This document shows positions 9,865 to 21,625 of a DNA stretch of 64,000 bases, piece after piece (position 1 is the stretch's first letter; each line of letters opens with the position of its first letter). The position numbers were made by a program, and so were the translations under genes. The notes under the pieces were generated by a model. The model was not told the origin of the DNA, did no database searches, and was given only the letters and a program-made list of their open reading frames with translations. This DNA is from an uncultured bacterium (GTDB lineage: Bacteria > Chloroflexota > UBA5177 > JANWHV01), in NCBI GenBank assembly GCA_963827235.1, contig CAWHAE010000008.1, positions 1 to 64,000 on the forward strand. The letters run 5' to 3'.

Positions 9865-12655
9865 TCATTGCGCGAAGATCTGGCCACGTACGCATTCGAA
9901 ATCGATACGCAGTTCGTTCCTGCCACTCACAGCGCTTTGCTGCAGTCTGTGGATCCCCCTTCCCTGGCAGGCGATAGGCCCCTGTACCGTTGTGATTGCA
10001 TTTGCTGCACGCGTTGCCAGCGTGCTCCAGACCGCAAGATCGGACCCTGTGCGCGGTGGCATAACGAACTCTCCTGGGAGGAGCATATTGTTGGTCAGTC
10101 GTTGATGAACCGCGGCGAGCAGTGCTTGGCCGTGCGCCTTTGTGATCCCCGGCGGATCTGGCAATGTGAGGGTATTTGCGATCGTCGCGAAAGTAATGCT
10201 ACTGCGGATCCTCGTTGCCTGGAATCGAATGCGCAGAGTGCTCGACCGCTGAGAGGTTGGCGTTGAGGCCGGCGGCGCCTTTGGCGGGCTGCTCGGCCGA
10301 GCTTGGTTCAGCGTGCCCGGGGCTAGCGGCGTCGGATTGGCGAGCGTCACGATGAACAGCGCTCTAGCGACGACGACGGCTGATACCACCACCGTCACGG
10401 TGCCGGCAATGAGAGCCAGTATCCTAGCGATGAAACTCGCGCAGGTGCCAGCCTCGGCAATCGCGCCATCCGTGCCCGCGGCCTGCGCACCAGTGAGTAT
10501 GTCCTCCGCCTCGCGAACTGCTGCCGCCTTCTCCTCGGCGGTCGCAAACTCGCTGCCGCTGACGTCGTACGCACTGCCAAGCGACTCGCCGCCATGGAGC
10601 GCGAGAGCGCCGTTGACGGTGTCCGTCTCGCTCGTGAGTTGTGTAAGTGCTGCTTCGGTGCCCGTGACGACGCCGACAGCCTGGGTCGAGTCTCGAAGGA
10701 AGCCCTGCTGAGTGAGGTTGTGCAGGGTCAGTGCGCCGCAGTCCTCGCTCGCGGGCGGCAGGCCGTTGAACTGAATGGTAGTGCCATCCGCGCGCACGAC
10801 ATAACACTGGCCCGTCGGATCGCTTCTGTCTTCCGGGTCATCTCCGGTATACTCGTACGCCTGCCCCGTCTCGTCCACCAGCGGGTCCACGCCCAGCAGC
10901 GTGCCCGTCCCCGGCTGGTACCAGCGCGCCCGCAGGTATTCCACGTTCGTCGTGCCGTCCTGCAGCTCGCCCGTGTAGCCGAAGATGCCGACCTGGCCGC
11001 TGGTCTCCGGGCTGCCGTAGGGGTCGTAGCTCTGGCCGGCCAGCACGTTGCCGCCGTCGTCGATGGTCTGCCGCACGCTGCCCTGGGTGTCCGTGCCGTA
11101 CCAGGTGCGCGTGCTGCCTGTCACGTTGGCCAGCAGGCTACCGCCGTCGTCGCGCAGGTACTCACTCGTCGTGCCACCTGTGGCGGATACCAGGATCTGG
11201 CTCATGCCGCCGGCCAGGTCCTGCGTGTAGGTCGTGCTCGTGCCGTCGACGGTGGCCGAGACCAGCGTGCCGTCGCCGTTGTAGGCGTAGTCGCGGTTGT
11301 CGCTGCCGGCCGTGGTGCCGGTGAGCCGGCCCAGGGCGTCGTAGGCATAGGTGGCCGTGCCGTCCGTGGTCAGGTTGCCCGCCGCGTCGTAGGTCCAGCC
11401 GGCGTTGCTCACCTCGTTGGCGGCGTTATACGTGTACTGCGCGGTCTGGGTGCCGTCGACCGTCACGCTGGTACGGTTGCCAGCCGGGTCGTACGTGTAG
11501 GCGAAGCTGCTGCCCGGGCTCTCCACGGCACCGGTCAGCTCCTGGATGCCGTCGTACGTGTAGGTGATGGTACGGGTGATGCCGATGGCGGACTGGAAGG
11601 TCGGCGTGGCCGTGGCCGTATTGGTGGCCGTAGCCGTGTTCGTCGCCGTGTTGGTGGGCGTGGCGGTGCTGGTCGGGGTGGCGGTGGTGGTCGGCGTACG
11701 GGTGACCGTGGCCGTCTTGGTCGGGGTGCCGGTCTTGGTAGCGGTTGGCGGTACGGGAGTCTTGGTGGCGGTCGGCGGTAACGGCGTCTTCGTCGCGGTT
11801 GGCGGCAGCGGCGTGTTGGTCGGGGGCACGGGCGTCTTCGTGGCGGTCGGCGGCACGGGAGTCTTGGTGTCGGTCGGCGGCAGCGGTGTGTTCGTCGGCG
11901 GCACGGGCGTCTTCGTGGCCGTCGGGGGCGCCGGGGTCTTGGTGGCGGTCGGCGGCGTGCCGGCTGCCGCGTGGCTGCCGGCCCACGCTGCCGGGGCTAC
12001 CCCGGCGAGCGGTCTGCCGGCCGCTGCCTGCACCGCCGGTCCCTGCTCGACGAAACCGGCCTGCTCCACGGCGAGCCCGCCGGTGCCGGCGACTTGCAGC
12101 GTCGTGCCGGGGTTGGGCAGGACCAGCATCCCGGCGCCGTCGTCGGTGGGTGTGGCGCTGGGTGTGCCGGTCGCGCTCGGCGGCAGCGAGTCGGTGTCGG
12201 TGCCGGCGGGTGTATTGGTGTCGGCCGGTGTGTCGGTCGCCGATGGGCTCGGCGTGCTGGTGTCGGCGGGCGTGCTGGTGTCGGTGGGTGTGAAGGTCGT
12301 AGTCGGCGTCATCGTGTCCGTCGCCGTGGGCGTGAGCGTGCCGGTCGCGGTGACGGTGGCGCTCGCGGTCCCGGAAGCCGTGGTCAGGCTCTCCGCCGCC
12401 CGCTGCACCAGTCCCAGCTTGTCATACTGGTAGCCGTAGTGGCTCAGCGTGGTGCTGCCCTGCATGGTCAGCAGGTCGGCGACGCGGTCCGCGCCGTCAT
12501 AGCCATAGCTGGTGGTCGTGCCGTTCAGCCGGCTGATCGTCTGCAGCCGGCCTTCCGTGTCGTACTGGTAGCTCGCCAGCGTGCTGCTGCCCTGCAGCAC
12601 GCTCTGCAGCTGCCCGTCCGTGGCGTAGTCATAGGCCAGGCTCGTGCCGTCCGGG
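9865..12655 (-). CDS. Rhs cassette 7: long core fragment with Pro/Thr stalk + TM + unknown toxin
   Basis: 911-aa ORF. YD repeats, P/T insert, DDPEDRSDPTG junction, basic C-terminal domain ending RIDFECVRGQIF. Confidence 0.85.
11192..12088. repeat. About 0.9-kb apparently identical direct repeat of 26676..27572
   Basis: Offset 15484. Alternative-frame ORFs 11426..11986 and 26910..27470 translate identically. Flanks are similar but diverged. Confidence 0.9.
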
Positions 12656-13002
12656 GTTGCAGGGCCCCCACTCCGTGCTCAACGGTGCGTGCTCGGTATC
12701 GCCACCTCCTGCGCGTAGCCCGTCTGGACGCAGCCATCGCACGATCTGCTACGCCCACGAAGATGACCACGGCGCCAAGGCAGCAGGTGAGCAGCAACGA
12801 GGATCGGGTACGTGTAGGCAATGCTTCTGCCCAGCGCGTCGACCGCCCCGGGCAGCGCGGAGCTTCGGGTCAAGGTGCGCGCCGGAGCAGGTGGGTCGCC
12901 TGGTCCCGCCATGACCCTGGTCGATCAGCTTGTCAAGGTGCCGCCGGCGGTCCTGCTGCTCGCAAGGCTAGCTTGGGCATTGGGATACCGCCTTACCAGG
13001 AC

Positions 13003-14130
13003 TCACCGCTCGAGCGCCTTCTCGAACTGCTCAGCACCATGCGTCAGCACCGTCCAGCTCTCGCCAGCGTCCATCGTCTTCACCATCGTACAGCGTGAGC
13101 CCACCGCATACCCGACTTCAGGCGTGGGAAACAGCAAGCGCTCAAAGAGCGGCTTCACGCGCAGCTCGGCATGTGTCCAGGTCTCGCCGCCGTCGACGGT
13201 CCGCATAAGGATGCCGCGCTCGCCCGCCACGAAGCCCACCTGCTCGCTCGTAAACACCAGGCAACTGGCGCGGCCCGGCACCTCAGTAGGCAGGCGGCGC
13301 CATGTAGTGCCTGCATCTTCGGTCTTGAACAATCCGTATCCGTAGGAGTACCGCGGCCGAGGGATCGGACCTGTCGTGTAGCCCACCTGCTCTGCCGGGA
13401 AGGCAAGGGGTCCGACTACGCCACCCACCATTCCGCGCCGGTGCCACGAGTGCCCGTCATCCACGCTGCGGTATGTCGCGTTGTCATAGCCGGCGGCTGC
13501 ATACCAGAGGCCGGTGGCAAGACGGGCAACGGCCCAGAGAGTTCGCTCCCAGCTAGAACCAAGTACGGTCCAGTGCCGCCCGCCGTCCTCGGTGATGAAG
13601 ACCTGATCCTGGCTGTACGCCCATGCCGCACTCTCCGAGATTGGCGTGATCCGGTGATAGATGCCGGTCACAACGCCCGGCACGGGCGGCTGCCCTTTGC
13701 CGTATGTCTGCCGATACCACCTGAGTACCGCGTCCATGAGAGGCGTTGCATCCACCACTCCCGGCTGCGGCAGCAAGAGTCCCGGCCAATGATCCTGGAT
13801 CTCCTTCGGGAGCGGCACCAGCACCTGCTGCCAGGACTGCCCACCATCCTCGGTACGGTAGAGAGTATCTGGGCCATGCACGTAGCCGACCTGCGGGGTG
13901 GCAAAAGCGACGTCCACACTACGGATGGCCGGCAGCCAGCGCCAGCTGCGACCGCCGTCTTCCGTCTTGAACAACCGTCGAGTGAGGTCGGTCACGTAGC
14001 CCACCTCGGCCGTGGGGAAGGAGGCGTCGCTGAAGCCCCTGTCCGCGCCATGGGCCCGCTTGAGCGTCTCCACGCTGGGATAATCCGGCCACAAGTCATC
14101 ACTGCTCAACGTGCGCCCACCCTTCTGCAA
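13003..14130 (-). CDS. BNR/Asp-box (YCF48-like) beta-propeller, candidate immunity protein
   Basis: Seven T/SxDGGxxW-type repeats. No signal peptide. Directly downstream of cassette 6. Confidence 0.75.
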   Translation of the reverse strand: MQKGGRTLSSDDLWPDYPSVETLKRAHGADRGFSDASFPTAEVGYVTDLTRRLFKTEDGGRSWRWLPAIRSVDVAFATPQVGYVHGPDTLYRTEDGGQSWQQVLVPLPKEIQDHWPGLLLPQPGVVDATPLMDAVLRWYRQTYGKGQPPVPGVVTGIYHRITPISESAAWAYSQDQVFITEDGGRHWTVLGSSWERTLWAVARLATGLWYAAAGYDNATYRSVDDGHSWHRRGMVGGVVGPLAFPAEQVGYTTGPIPRPRYSYGYGLFKTEDAGTTWRRLPTEVPGRASCLVFTSEQVGFVAGERGILMRTVDGGETWTHAELRVKPLFERLLFPTPEVGYAVGSRCTMVKTMDAGESWTVLTHGAEQFEKALER

Positions 14131-14156
14131 GCAGTCTCATGTACCGCCAGTGCCGA

Positions 14157-15920
14157 CTATGCTGCCTTCTCATCGAGATCCCTCACGGCACTCACAACTG
14201 CGCATGCGCCGGGTGCTGCAGTGCTGGCCGTAGCGCCGACAGCGGCGACCGCCTCGCAGGCGCCCATCACGCACACGGCTACACCGGCCACGCCTACCAC
14301 GACCACCGCGGCTGCCAGGTAGTCCGTGAACGTCCAGGGTGGCGCCACATGAGCCGCCGTCCACCTCGTCGGCCGCCGCCGACCAGGGCGCAACAGTGTG
14401 GCCCGGGGGGCCTTTAGCAATATGCATGTAGTAGGGTATATCTACTGTGGTCGGAGCGTCTGCCCGCGTAGGCTGTCTGCTGCGATCCTGCCAGCGCAGG
14501 ATGAGGAACCACATCACGCCATCTGTCTGTGAGGCGCTGGGGTCAAGATAGCTCGGGTCGCCGTCCACGCCGATGAGCACTGTGTACCAATACCCGTCAC
14601 GTCCTGGCTCGAACCGACCCGGCCAGAACACGCCGAGTCCTCCACTGCTGTGCCGAAATGCTTGCTGCGATCCGAGCAAAAAGCTGCGCGGACCCGACCA
14701 GGTGTCCGGCAACGTGATACCCCCAGGGCCGCGAGCGCTCGTGCTCGCTGAAGCGCCTTGTGGAAAGTTCCTGGCGACCTGGATGTAGCCGCGGGCTTCG
14801 GCGTGGGCCGACTGCACCCCGCCAGGCGATTTGAACTTCCTGATCGGTTCCAGTTCCCACAGATTGGCGTCGTTGCCACGATAGTCGTCGACCACATCCG
14901 CGAAGCCGTTCCCCGGTCCTTTCCGGGAAGCATACGGGATCTCCAGCTCGCAGGTGCGGCGCGGCGTGCCCTGCAGGTCCAGGTACGCGCTTTCCGCGAG
15001 GTCGTGCGCGCTGAGGCCGCTATTGCCGGCCGGCGTCCCGGCATCGATGCGAGGCCCGCCGCGGTCGCAGTTCCAGCCCCACACCTCGCCACCTGGATCG
15101 CTCCCATTTGCCGGGTCGTCCCCCGCATACGCATACGCCTGCCCCGTCGTGTCCAGTTCCGCATCCACGCCCAGCAGCGTGCCCGTCCCCGGCTGGTACC
15201 ACCGTGCGCGCAGGTATTCCGCGTTCGTCGTGCCGTCCTGCAGCTCGCCGGTGTAGCCGAAGATGCCGACCTGGCCGCTCGTCTCCGGGTTGCCGTAGGG
15301 GTCGTAGCTCTGGCTGGCCAGCACGTTGGCGCCGTCGTCGAGCGTCTGCCGCACGCTGCCCTGGGTGTCCGTGCCGTACCAGGTGCGCGTGCCGCCGGTC
15401 ACGCTGGCGAGCAGGCTGCCGCCGTCGTCGCGCAGGTACTCGCTCGTCGTGCCGCCTGTGCGCGGATGCCAGGATCTGGCTCAGGCCGCCGGCCAGGTCC
15501 TGCGTGTAGCTCGGTGCTCGTGCCGTCGACGGTGGCCGAGACCAGCGTGCCGTCGCCGTCGTAGGCGTAGTCGCCGTTGTCGCTGCCGGCCGTGGTGCCG
15601 GTGAGCCGGCCCAGGGCGTCGTAGGCGTAGGTGGCCGTGCCGTCGCGTGGTCAGGTTGCCCGCCGCGTCGTAGGTCCAGCCCGCGTTGCTCACCTCGTTC
15701 GCCGCGTTGTACGTGTAGCTGGCCTGCTGCGTGCCGTCGACCGTCACGCTGGTGCGGTTGCCGGCCGGGTCGTAGCTATAGGCGAAGCTGCTGCCCGGGC
15801 TCTCGGTGGCGCCGGTCAGCTCCTGGATGCCGTAGGTATACGTGATGACGCCCGTGCTGGAGAGGGCAGCGCGGTGGTATCCGGCGTGGCCGTGCCGGTT
15901 AGGCTCACCGTGCCGCTCGA
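14157..15920 (-). CDS. Rhs cassette 6: core fragment + restriction-endonuclease-like toxin + C-terminal hydrophobic helices (frameshifted)
   Basis: DDPANGSDPGG junction. AH...E...GFADVV...LWELEP...A..Y. The shifted frame ends YLAAAVVVVGVAGVAVCV...EKAA*. Confidence 0.7.
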
Positions 15921-16109
15921 CAGAACGATTGCACGCTTGCTGGCGCGGCCAGAACCGTTATCGCGGAGGGTCACGACGCTCGGAACGGGGATGTCCGGTC
16001 TCTGGGGACGGGCGGCGGACATGGATGGCAGAAAGCGGGCCGCCCCCGCTCGACAGCAGTGGGCTTCCTGTGAGAGCTCGAATAACTCGTCTGCCTTCGT
16101 GCGCTACCG

Positions 16110-17266
16110 GCCTCTGAGCTTGTTCAGGGCCGGCCGGCTTTCGCTTGAATCTCGGGCGGAGCGACCGTTGTTCAAGCAGGCGCGACCACCTGAGCGTTTC
16201 TACCCGTGTCGGCATATAACAGAGCATCCCAACCGGCCGGTGTTTCGTAGCCCGGATCGGCGCCTCGGTCAAGGAGCAGGCGGACGATGTCGTCGTGACC
16301 GTATCGCGCCGCGATCATAAGTGGAGGACTCACCCTCCACGCCGCGATCCTCGACGGAGACGCCGCGGTCAAGTAGGAAGCGAGCGAGGATCAAGATGGC
16401 CGTACCGCACGGACCACAGCAGCGGCGTCTCGCTGGTCGTGGGGTGTATGGCATGGAGCATCTTCTCGGATGCGCAAGAGGCCCTGCACGGCACTAGCGT
16501 CATCGCACTGCATGGCAGCGACGATGTCCTGGCTGCAGGCAGTTCGGCGCGCCAGAAGTCGTCGGTGTTTCTGCAGGCCGTGGACCGGACAGCGGGTGGT
16601 GCTCACGACGCATTTCTGCTCCCGCGACCGCAATCGAATCACCGGCCAGCTCAGGGCTTGCCAGCGTAATCAGTGCATTCAGGCCACCTTCCGGTAGTGG
16701 CTGCTGCCAGCCCATGGCCTCTTGGGGCACTCCAAGTCGCGCGAGCGCCTGCACACTGGTAAGGCCGTCGTTGCACAAATCGTTGCCGTAATTAGGTCCA
16801 TCGGAGTATCGCGTCCCCTCGGCGTCGAGAATGCTCCAGTATGCAAGCGCTTTCGCAGATATTGGCGGTAGTACTCATGCGTGTGTCTTGGAAACCAATA
16901 CGCCATGTTATTGCCGTCGAGGAGGCAGAGAAAGCTCCACGGTTTACGTAGGAAGTCCTGCAGCACCTTATTCTCAAGCTCCTGGCCTAGCGGGCCGAGC
17001 GCACTGGCAATGCCGGGCCTCAGAAGCAGCATCGGCACGTAGCAATGGAAGTGCTCAGACTTGCCAAGGAATGCATCCGGGCCATCGAGGACGATGAGGC
17101 CAGGATGATCGTGCGTGTCCGTGAGCCCCTCCGCCTCAAACGCATCGACCATCGATTCATCGCGGCGGATTGCCCCACTCAACACCTTCCGGCAGCGCTT
17201 CCACACCTCGGCATTTGTCCCATACAGGAGTGCCGGTACGTCCATGGTCTCCTCTCTCTTCAGCAC
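16110..17266 (-). CDS. Ankyrin-repeat candidate immunity protein (multiple frameshifts)
   Basis: ORF 16679..17266 plus downstream pieces ETPLLWSVRYGH / ARFLLDRG / PLMIAARYGHDDIVRLLLDRGAD. The 3' end is approximate. Confidence 0.6.
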
Positions 17267-17355
17267 ACCAAGTACGCAGCCACGGTCCGACTGGTCTGAG
17301 ACGCTGGCTGGGCCCTACAACAGGATACCGGTGGTGCTTGTTCAGCCGGCCATCT

Positions 17356-18719
17356 CTACATTGCTAGCGCCAAAAAGATCTCGGGGTTTGAAGCGGCCCA
17401 GAGCAGTATGTCCCCCGCCAAGGCATATTCGCCGCACTTCTCCACCATCTCCGAGTTGACGGGAACAGAAGTCCCGGCGGCGTCCAGGGCCGGCGTGACC
17501 CCTGGCTTGAAGTCGCCGTTGTGCTTCTTGTAGAGTATGATTCCGGGAGTGATGGCTGCAAACACTGCAAAGCCGCCAGGCGCCTGCACTAAGCCTTGTG
17601 TACCCGCTACAGCGATCGGCCCTGGCTCCATGGGTACACCAACGGCAGCGAAAACTGCCATGTAGTCGGCGAGTTGTACGACACCATCCATATAGTCGGC
17701 GACTGTCTCGATCTCGTACATTGACCGCTGGCTGACGTTGGTAATGTCTGGCCTTAGGTTGTCGAGCACTACAGCCGGTACGACCTCCGGCACGGCGTCG
17801 CTTAGGTCCTTATCCTTGAGGATAGTCCGGATCGTCTCGTTCTTGTAGTACACCGCGTCCAATGAGTTCGCTCGGGCGTAGAATCTGCCGATCGCCTTGT
17901 GCACCTGGGTACCGACGTAAAATCCCTTGTACTGATCCCCCGGCACCTGCCAAGGGCCCGCGTCGACCGGAGCGGTCCAAGATTCCTCCACGTTCTGCAG
18001 GGTTTGATCGACGGCCTCAGAAGTCGTTGACGGCGTCGGTGCTGCGTTCGCGGATGGTTCAGCTGGCCCTCCCGAACCTATGCCCGGCGTTGGCGTAGGC
18101 CCGGCATCCATTCCACAGGGGTCGCTTGCGTTGTTGGGATCGTTGCCAGCGTACGTATACGCCTGCCCCGTCTCGTCCAGCTCCGGGTCCACACCCAGCA
18201 GCGTGCCCGTGCCCGGCTGGTACCACCGCGCCCGCAGGTACTCGGCGTTCGTCGTGCCGTCCTGCAGCTCGCCGGTGTAGCCGAAGATGCCGACGTTGCC
18301 AGCGGTCTCCGGGCTGCCGTAGGGGTCGTAGCTCTGCGTGGCGAGTACGGTGGCAGCGTCGTCGAGGATCTGCCGCACGCTGCCCTGGTTGTCCGTGCCG
18401 TACCAGGTAGCGCGTGCCGCTGGTGACGCCGGCCAGCGGGCTGCCGCAGTCGTCGCGCAGATAGTCGCTCGTGACGCCGCCGTTGGCCGTCGCGAGGATC
18501 TGGCTCATGCCGCCGGCCAGGTCCTGCGTGTAGGTCGTGCTCGTGCCGTCGACGGTGGCCGAGACCAGCGTGCCGTCGCCGTTGTAGGCGTAGTTACGGT
18601 TGTCGCTGTCGGCCGTGGTGCCGGTGAGCCGGCCCAGGGCGTCGTAGGCGTAGGTGGCCGCGCCGTCGGCGGTCAGGTTGCCCGCCGCGTCGTAGCTCCA
18701 GGCGGCGTTGCTGTTGTTG
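17356..18719 (-). CDS. Rhs cassette 5: core fragment + restriction-endonuclease-like toxin
   Basis: NDPNNASDPCG junction. GTQVHKAI...LRPDI...YEIET...QLADY. Frameshift near 18408. Confidence 0.75.
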
Positions 18720-18743
18720 AGCCGCCGGATTCTTGGTGCTCCA

Positions 18744-19088
18744 CTACTTGTCGCGCCTGTCGTCGTTCTGGACCTGCCAGAGTTCAAGGAAGGGCGACCG
18801 CCCGAAAATGCTGTCTAGCATCTGCCGTGTGGGCGACATATCGTCATCGCGGATGGCACAGTTGAGGGAGATAGCGCCGCCCGAAGAGACGTCAACCGTA
18901 ACAGCACGGCTGGCTGCCCATCCCATACGCAGTTGCACCGTGTGCGAACCCGGCTGCACAGCAAACCGCTGGATCTCGCCCACCGCGATCTTGCCCGCGA
19001 CATCGCCGTCGATGCGCACCTTGAATCGATTTCTCCCTGGTCTGGAGATGGGCAGGCGAGAGAGCACTATTGTCGCCTCATTCCTCAT
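18744..19088 (-). CDS. Small beta-sandwich protein (DUF2846-like), candidate immunity for cassette 4
   Basis: SD AAGGGAG before ATG 19088. FKVRIDG...GKI..GE...VQPGSHTV. Confidence 0.6.
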   Translation of the reverse strand: MRNEATIVLSRLPISRPGRNRFKVRIDGDVAGKIAVGEIQRFAVQPGSHTVQLRMGWAASRAVTVDVSSGGAISLNCAIRDDDMSPTRQMLDSIFGRSPFLELWQVQNDDRRDK

Positions 19089-19191
19089 GTTGTCTCCCTT
19101 CGACGACTGTGCATCATCCGAATTACTCGGGGACGGTGCACGGACACCTGTTTGGGCAAATGCCGGCTGATCCTGACCACTTGAGGTGTAG

Positions 19192-21090
19192 TTAGGTATT
19201 CGGTTCTCTGAGAACGGCTTGGAACCCATCAAAGGCCAGACCACTAATCTGCTTGTAAGTAGCGTCTCCCATGATCCCGCCGAGGATGCCGCCCACCAAG
19301 CCACAACCGGGCGCCACGATATCCAATCCTGCAGCAAAACACAGTTCCGATGCCCCGTAACCGACAGCCCACGCAACGCCAACGTCGAAGCCTGTCTTCA
19401 CGGTAGCACTAGCGACGACCTGTATGCTCCACGAATTGTGCTCGGTTTGGAACTCCGCAAGATTGAGAACGAACGCCAAACCTACCAGCGATCTGGTGGT
19501 TGCCGTGAAAGTAGAGGCATTGTCCTCAATCCATTTGGTCGATTTGTCGTAGGTGCTATAAATACTCGCCGCCAAGGCTTGGTCAGCCGGACTCTTCTCC
19601 ATCAGCTCAAGTGCCTGGTCGACCGTCTCGCGTGCTGCCTTAGCACTCTCGTTCGCATTATCCAGAAGATCGTGCAACTGCATCAAGCCATCGATGTACG
19701 CCAGACGCTGCTCCTGTGGATCAACGGCCTCGCCCGTCGGGGCACTCAGCCCGATGCCAAGCGCCACAACACCGCGGTCGACCTCCAGCGAAAGCCCGAC
19801 CCGGTTCTCAGTACCTGCAATCTCACCAAGGGCCAGATAGGTCAAGATGTGATGCGGCGTGAGCGTGCGTGAAATGAGGGAGTCAGCGGAGAACCTACTG
19901 CACGTCATCAGCAGGGCCATCTTCGCTGTGCTGCCCTGGAAGCCGCCATTGCAGTACCCTCCGAACGGGGTGCTCTGCAGGACCTTTATGCAATTTGGGG
20001 TGAGCACCACGCCCTCTGAGAAGGTCGTGTTCTCCGCCGAGGCCTGCTGGACAGCGCCCAACAGCCAGTCCAGTGGTGTTGTGAACGCCGTGCCGAGGGC
20101 GTTGATGCTCGCGGCTACCAGCTCGGACGAGCCGGTCAGCTGATTTGTGATAGAAGCCTCGCACGATCCGTCGCCGTCGACACCGGGAAGTAGTCCAAGC
20201 CCACCATCATACGTGCAGAGACCTGACGGATCGCTCCCGTTCACCGGGTCGTCGCCGGCATAGGCGTATGCCTGCCCCGTGCTATCCAGCTCCGGGTCCA
20301 CGCCCAGCAGCGTGCCCGTCGCCGGCTGGCACCACCGTGCCCGCAGATACTCGGCGTTGGTGCCGCTGTCCTGCAGCTCGCCGGTGTAGCCGAAGATGCC
20401 CACCTGGCCGCTGGTCTCCGGGCTGCCGTAGGGGTCGTAGCTCTGGCCGGCCAGCACGTTGCCGCCGTCGTCGATGGTCTGGCGCACGCTGCCCTGGGTG
20501 TCCGTGCCGTACCAGGTGCGCGTGCTGCCGTTGAGCGCGGAGAGGCAATCAGCCCCGTACAGATAGTCGCTGGCCACGCCGCCGCTGGTCATGCCCAGGA
20601 TCTGGCTCAGGCTGCCGGCCAGGTCCTGCGTGTAGCCGGTGCTCCTGCCGTCGACGGTGGCCGAGACCAGCGTGCCGTCGCCGTCGTAGGCGTAGTTGCG
20701 GTTGTCGCTGCCGGCCGTGGTGCCGGTGAGCCGGCCCAGGGCGTCGTAGGCGTAGGTGGCCGTGCCGTCCGTGGTCAGGTTGCCCGCCGCGTCGTAGGTC
20801 CAGCCGGCGTTGCTCACCTCGTTGGCGGCGTTATACGTGTACTGCGCGGTCTGGGTGCCGTCGACCGTCACGCTGGTACGGTTGCCGACCTGGTCGTAGG
20901 TGTAGGCGAAGCTGCTGCCGGGGCTCTCCACGGCACCGGTCAGCTCCTGGACGCCGGCGTACGTGTAGGTGATGGTACGGGTGCTCGAGATCGGCAGCGT
21001 CGTGCCCTCGCCCTCCGGCGTCCCGGTCGCGATAGCCGTGACGGAGGGCACCGTGCTCGTGCTGCTCGGCGTCTCCGTGGCGGCGGACAG
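19192..21090 (-). CDS. Rhs cassette 4: short Thr linker + core + helical glycine-zipper (pore-like) cargo
   Basis: DDPVNGSDPSG junction. Coiled coil, then GVAWAVGYGA...GLVGGILGGIMG. Confidence 0.75.
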   Translation of the reverse strand: MSAATETPSSTSTVPSVTAIATGTPEGEGTTLPISSTRTITYTYAGVQELTGAVESPGSSFAYTYDQVGNRTSVTVDGTQTAQYTYNAANEVSNAGWTYDAAGNLTTDGTATYAYDALGRLTGTTAGSDNRNYAYDGDGTLVSATVDGRSTGYTQDLAGSLSQILGMTSGGVASDYLYGADCLSALNGSTRTWYGTDTQGSVRQTIDDGGNVLAGQSYDPYGSPETSGQVGIFGYTGELQDSGTNAEYLRARWCQPATGTLLGVDPELDSTGQAYAYAGDDPVNGSDPSGLCTYDGGLGLLPGVDGDGSCEASITNQLTGSSELVAASINALGTAFTTPLDWLLGAVQQASAENTTFSEGVVLTPNCIKVLQSTPFGGYCNGGFQGSTAKMALLMTCSRFSADSLISRTLTPHHILTYLALGEIAGTENRVGLSLEVDRGVVALGIGLSAPTGEAVDPQEQRLAYIDGLMQLHDLLDNANESAKAARETVDQALELMEKSPADQALAASIYSTYDKSTKWIEDNASTFTATTRSLVGLAFVLNLAEFQTEHNSWSIQVVASATVKTGFDVGVAWAVGYGASELCFAAGLDIVAPGCGLVGGILGGIMGDATYKQISGLAFDGFQAVLREPNT

Positions 21091-21276
21091 GGCGGTGCGC
21101 GTGCACGTGGCCGCGTTCTCGCGCCACCACTTCGGTGGTGTGCACAGGTCGCCGTGATGTGCGTGACCGGGCGCGTGTGACCGGCATGACGGATCGTGCA
21201 CGGCTTGCCGGATGCATCACAGGTGACGGAGAGCGGTCCGGGTGGGCGGAGGCGCCGGGTCATCGAACGCTACCAT

Positions 21277-21512
21277 TCACCGCTTATGTGCCCCGGCCTG
21301 CTGCTGGGACAGTTCCAACAGGCGGGCGATCAGCTTGGCAGCTTGGCAAGAATTGCCGCTAGTCGGCACTGGACACCGTCGACTGGGGTCTTTGCCGTTT
21401 TGCGGGTCGTCCCCGGCATACGCATGCGCCTGCCCGGTTGTATCGGTCTCTGGGTCCACGTCCAGCAGCGTGCCCCTCGCCGACTGATACCACCGCGCCC
21501 GCAGATAGTCGG
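21277..21512 (-). pseudogene. Rhs cassette 3 remnant (junction only)
   Basis: [44 protein letters not shown]. Confidence 0.75.
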
Positions 21513-21625
21513 CGTTCCTCAGATGGGTGTGCGGGCGGAGCGTCGCGTCAAGGGACCGCCGCGCACGACGTAGTTACGCTGGCCATTCGCCACGAGTACA
21601 TGATATCGTCGATCGTGCATATCCA

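Noticed and set aside
11564-12433. Val/Gly-rich plus-strand membrane-like ORF (also 27048..27857, and 54775..55197 on the minus strand)
   Set aside because: These are antisense shadows of Pro/Thr repeats.
12660-12990. Small membrane protein between the BNR gene and cassette 7
   Set aside because: It needs a frameshift and has no motif support.
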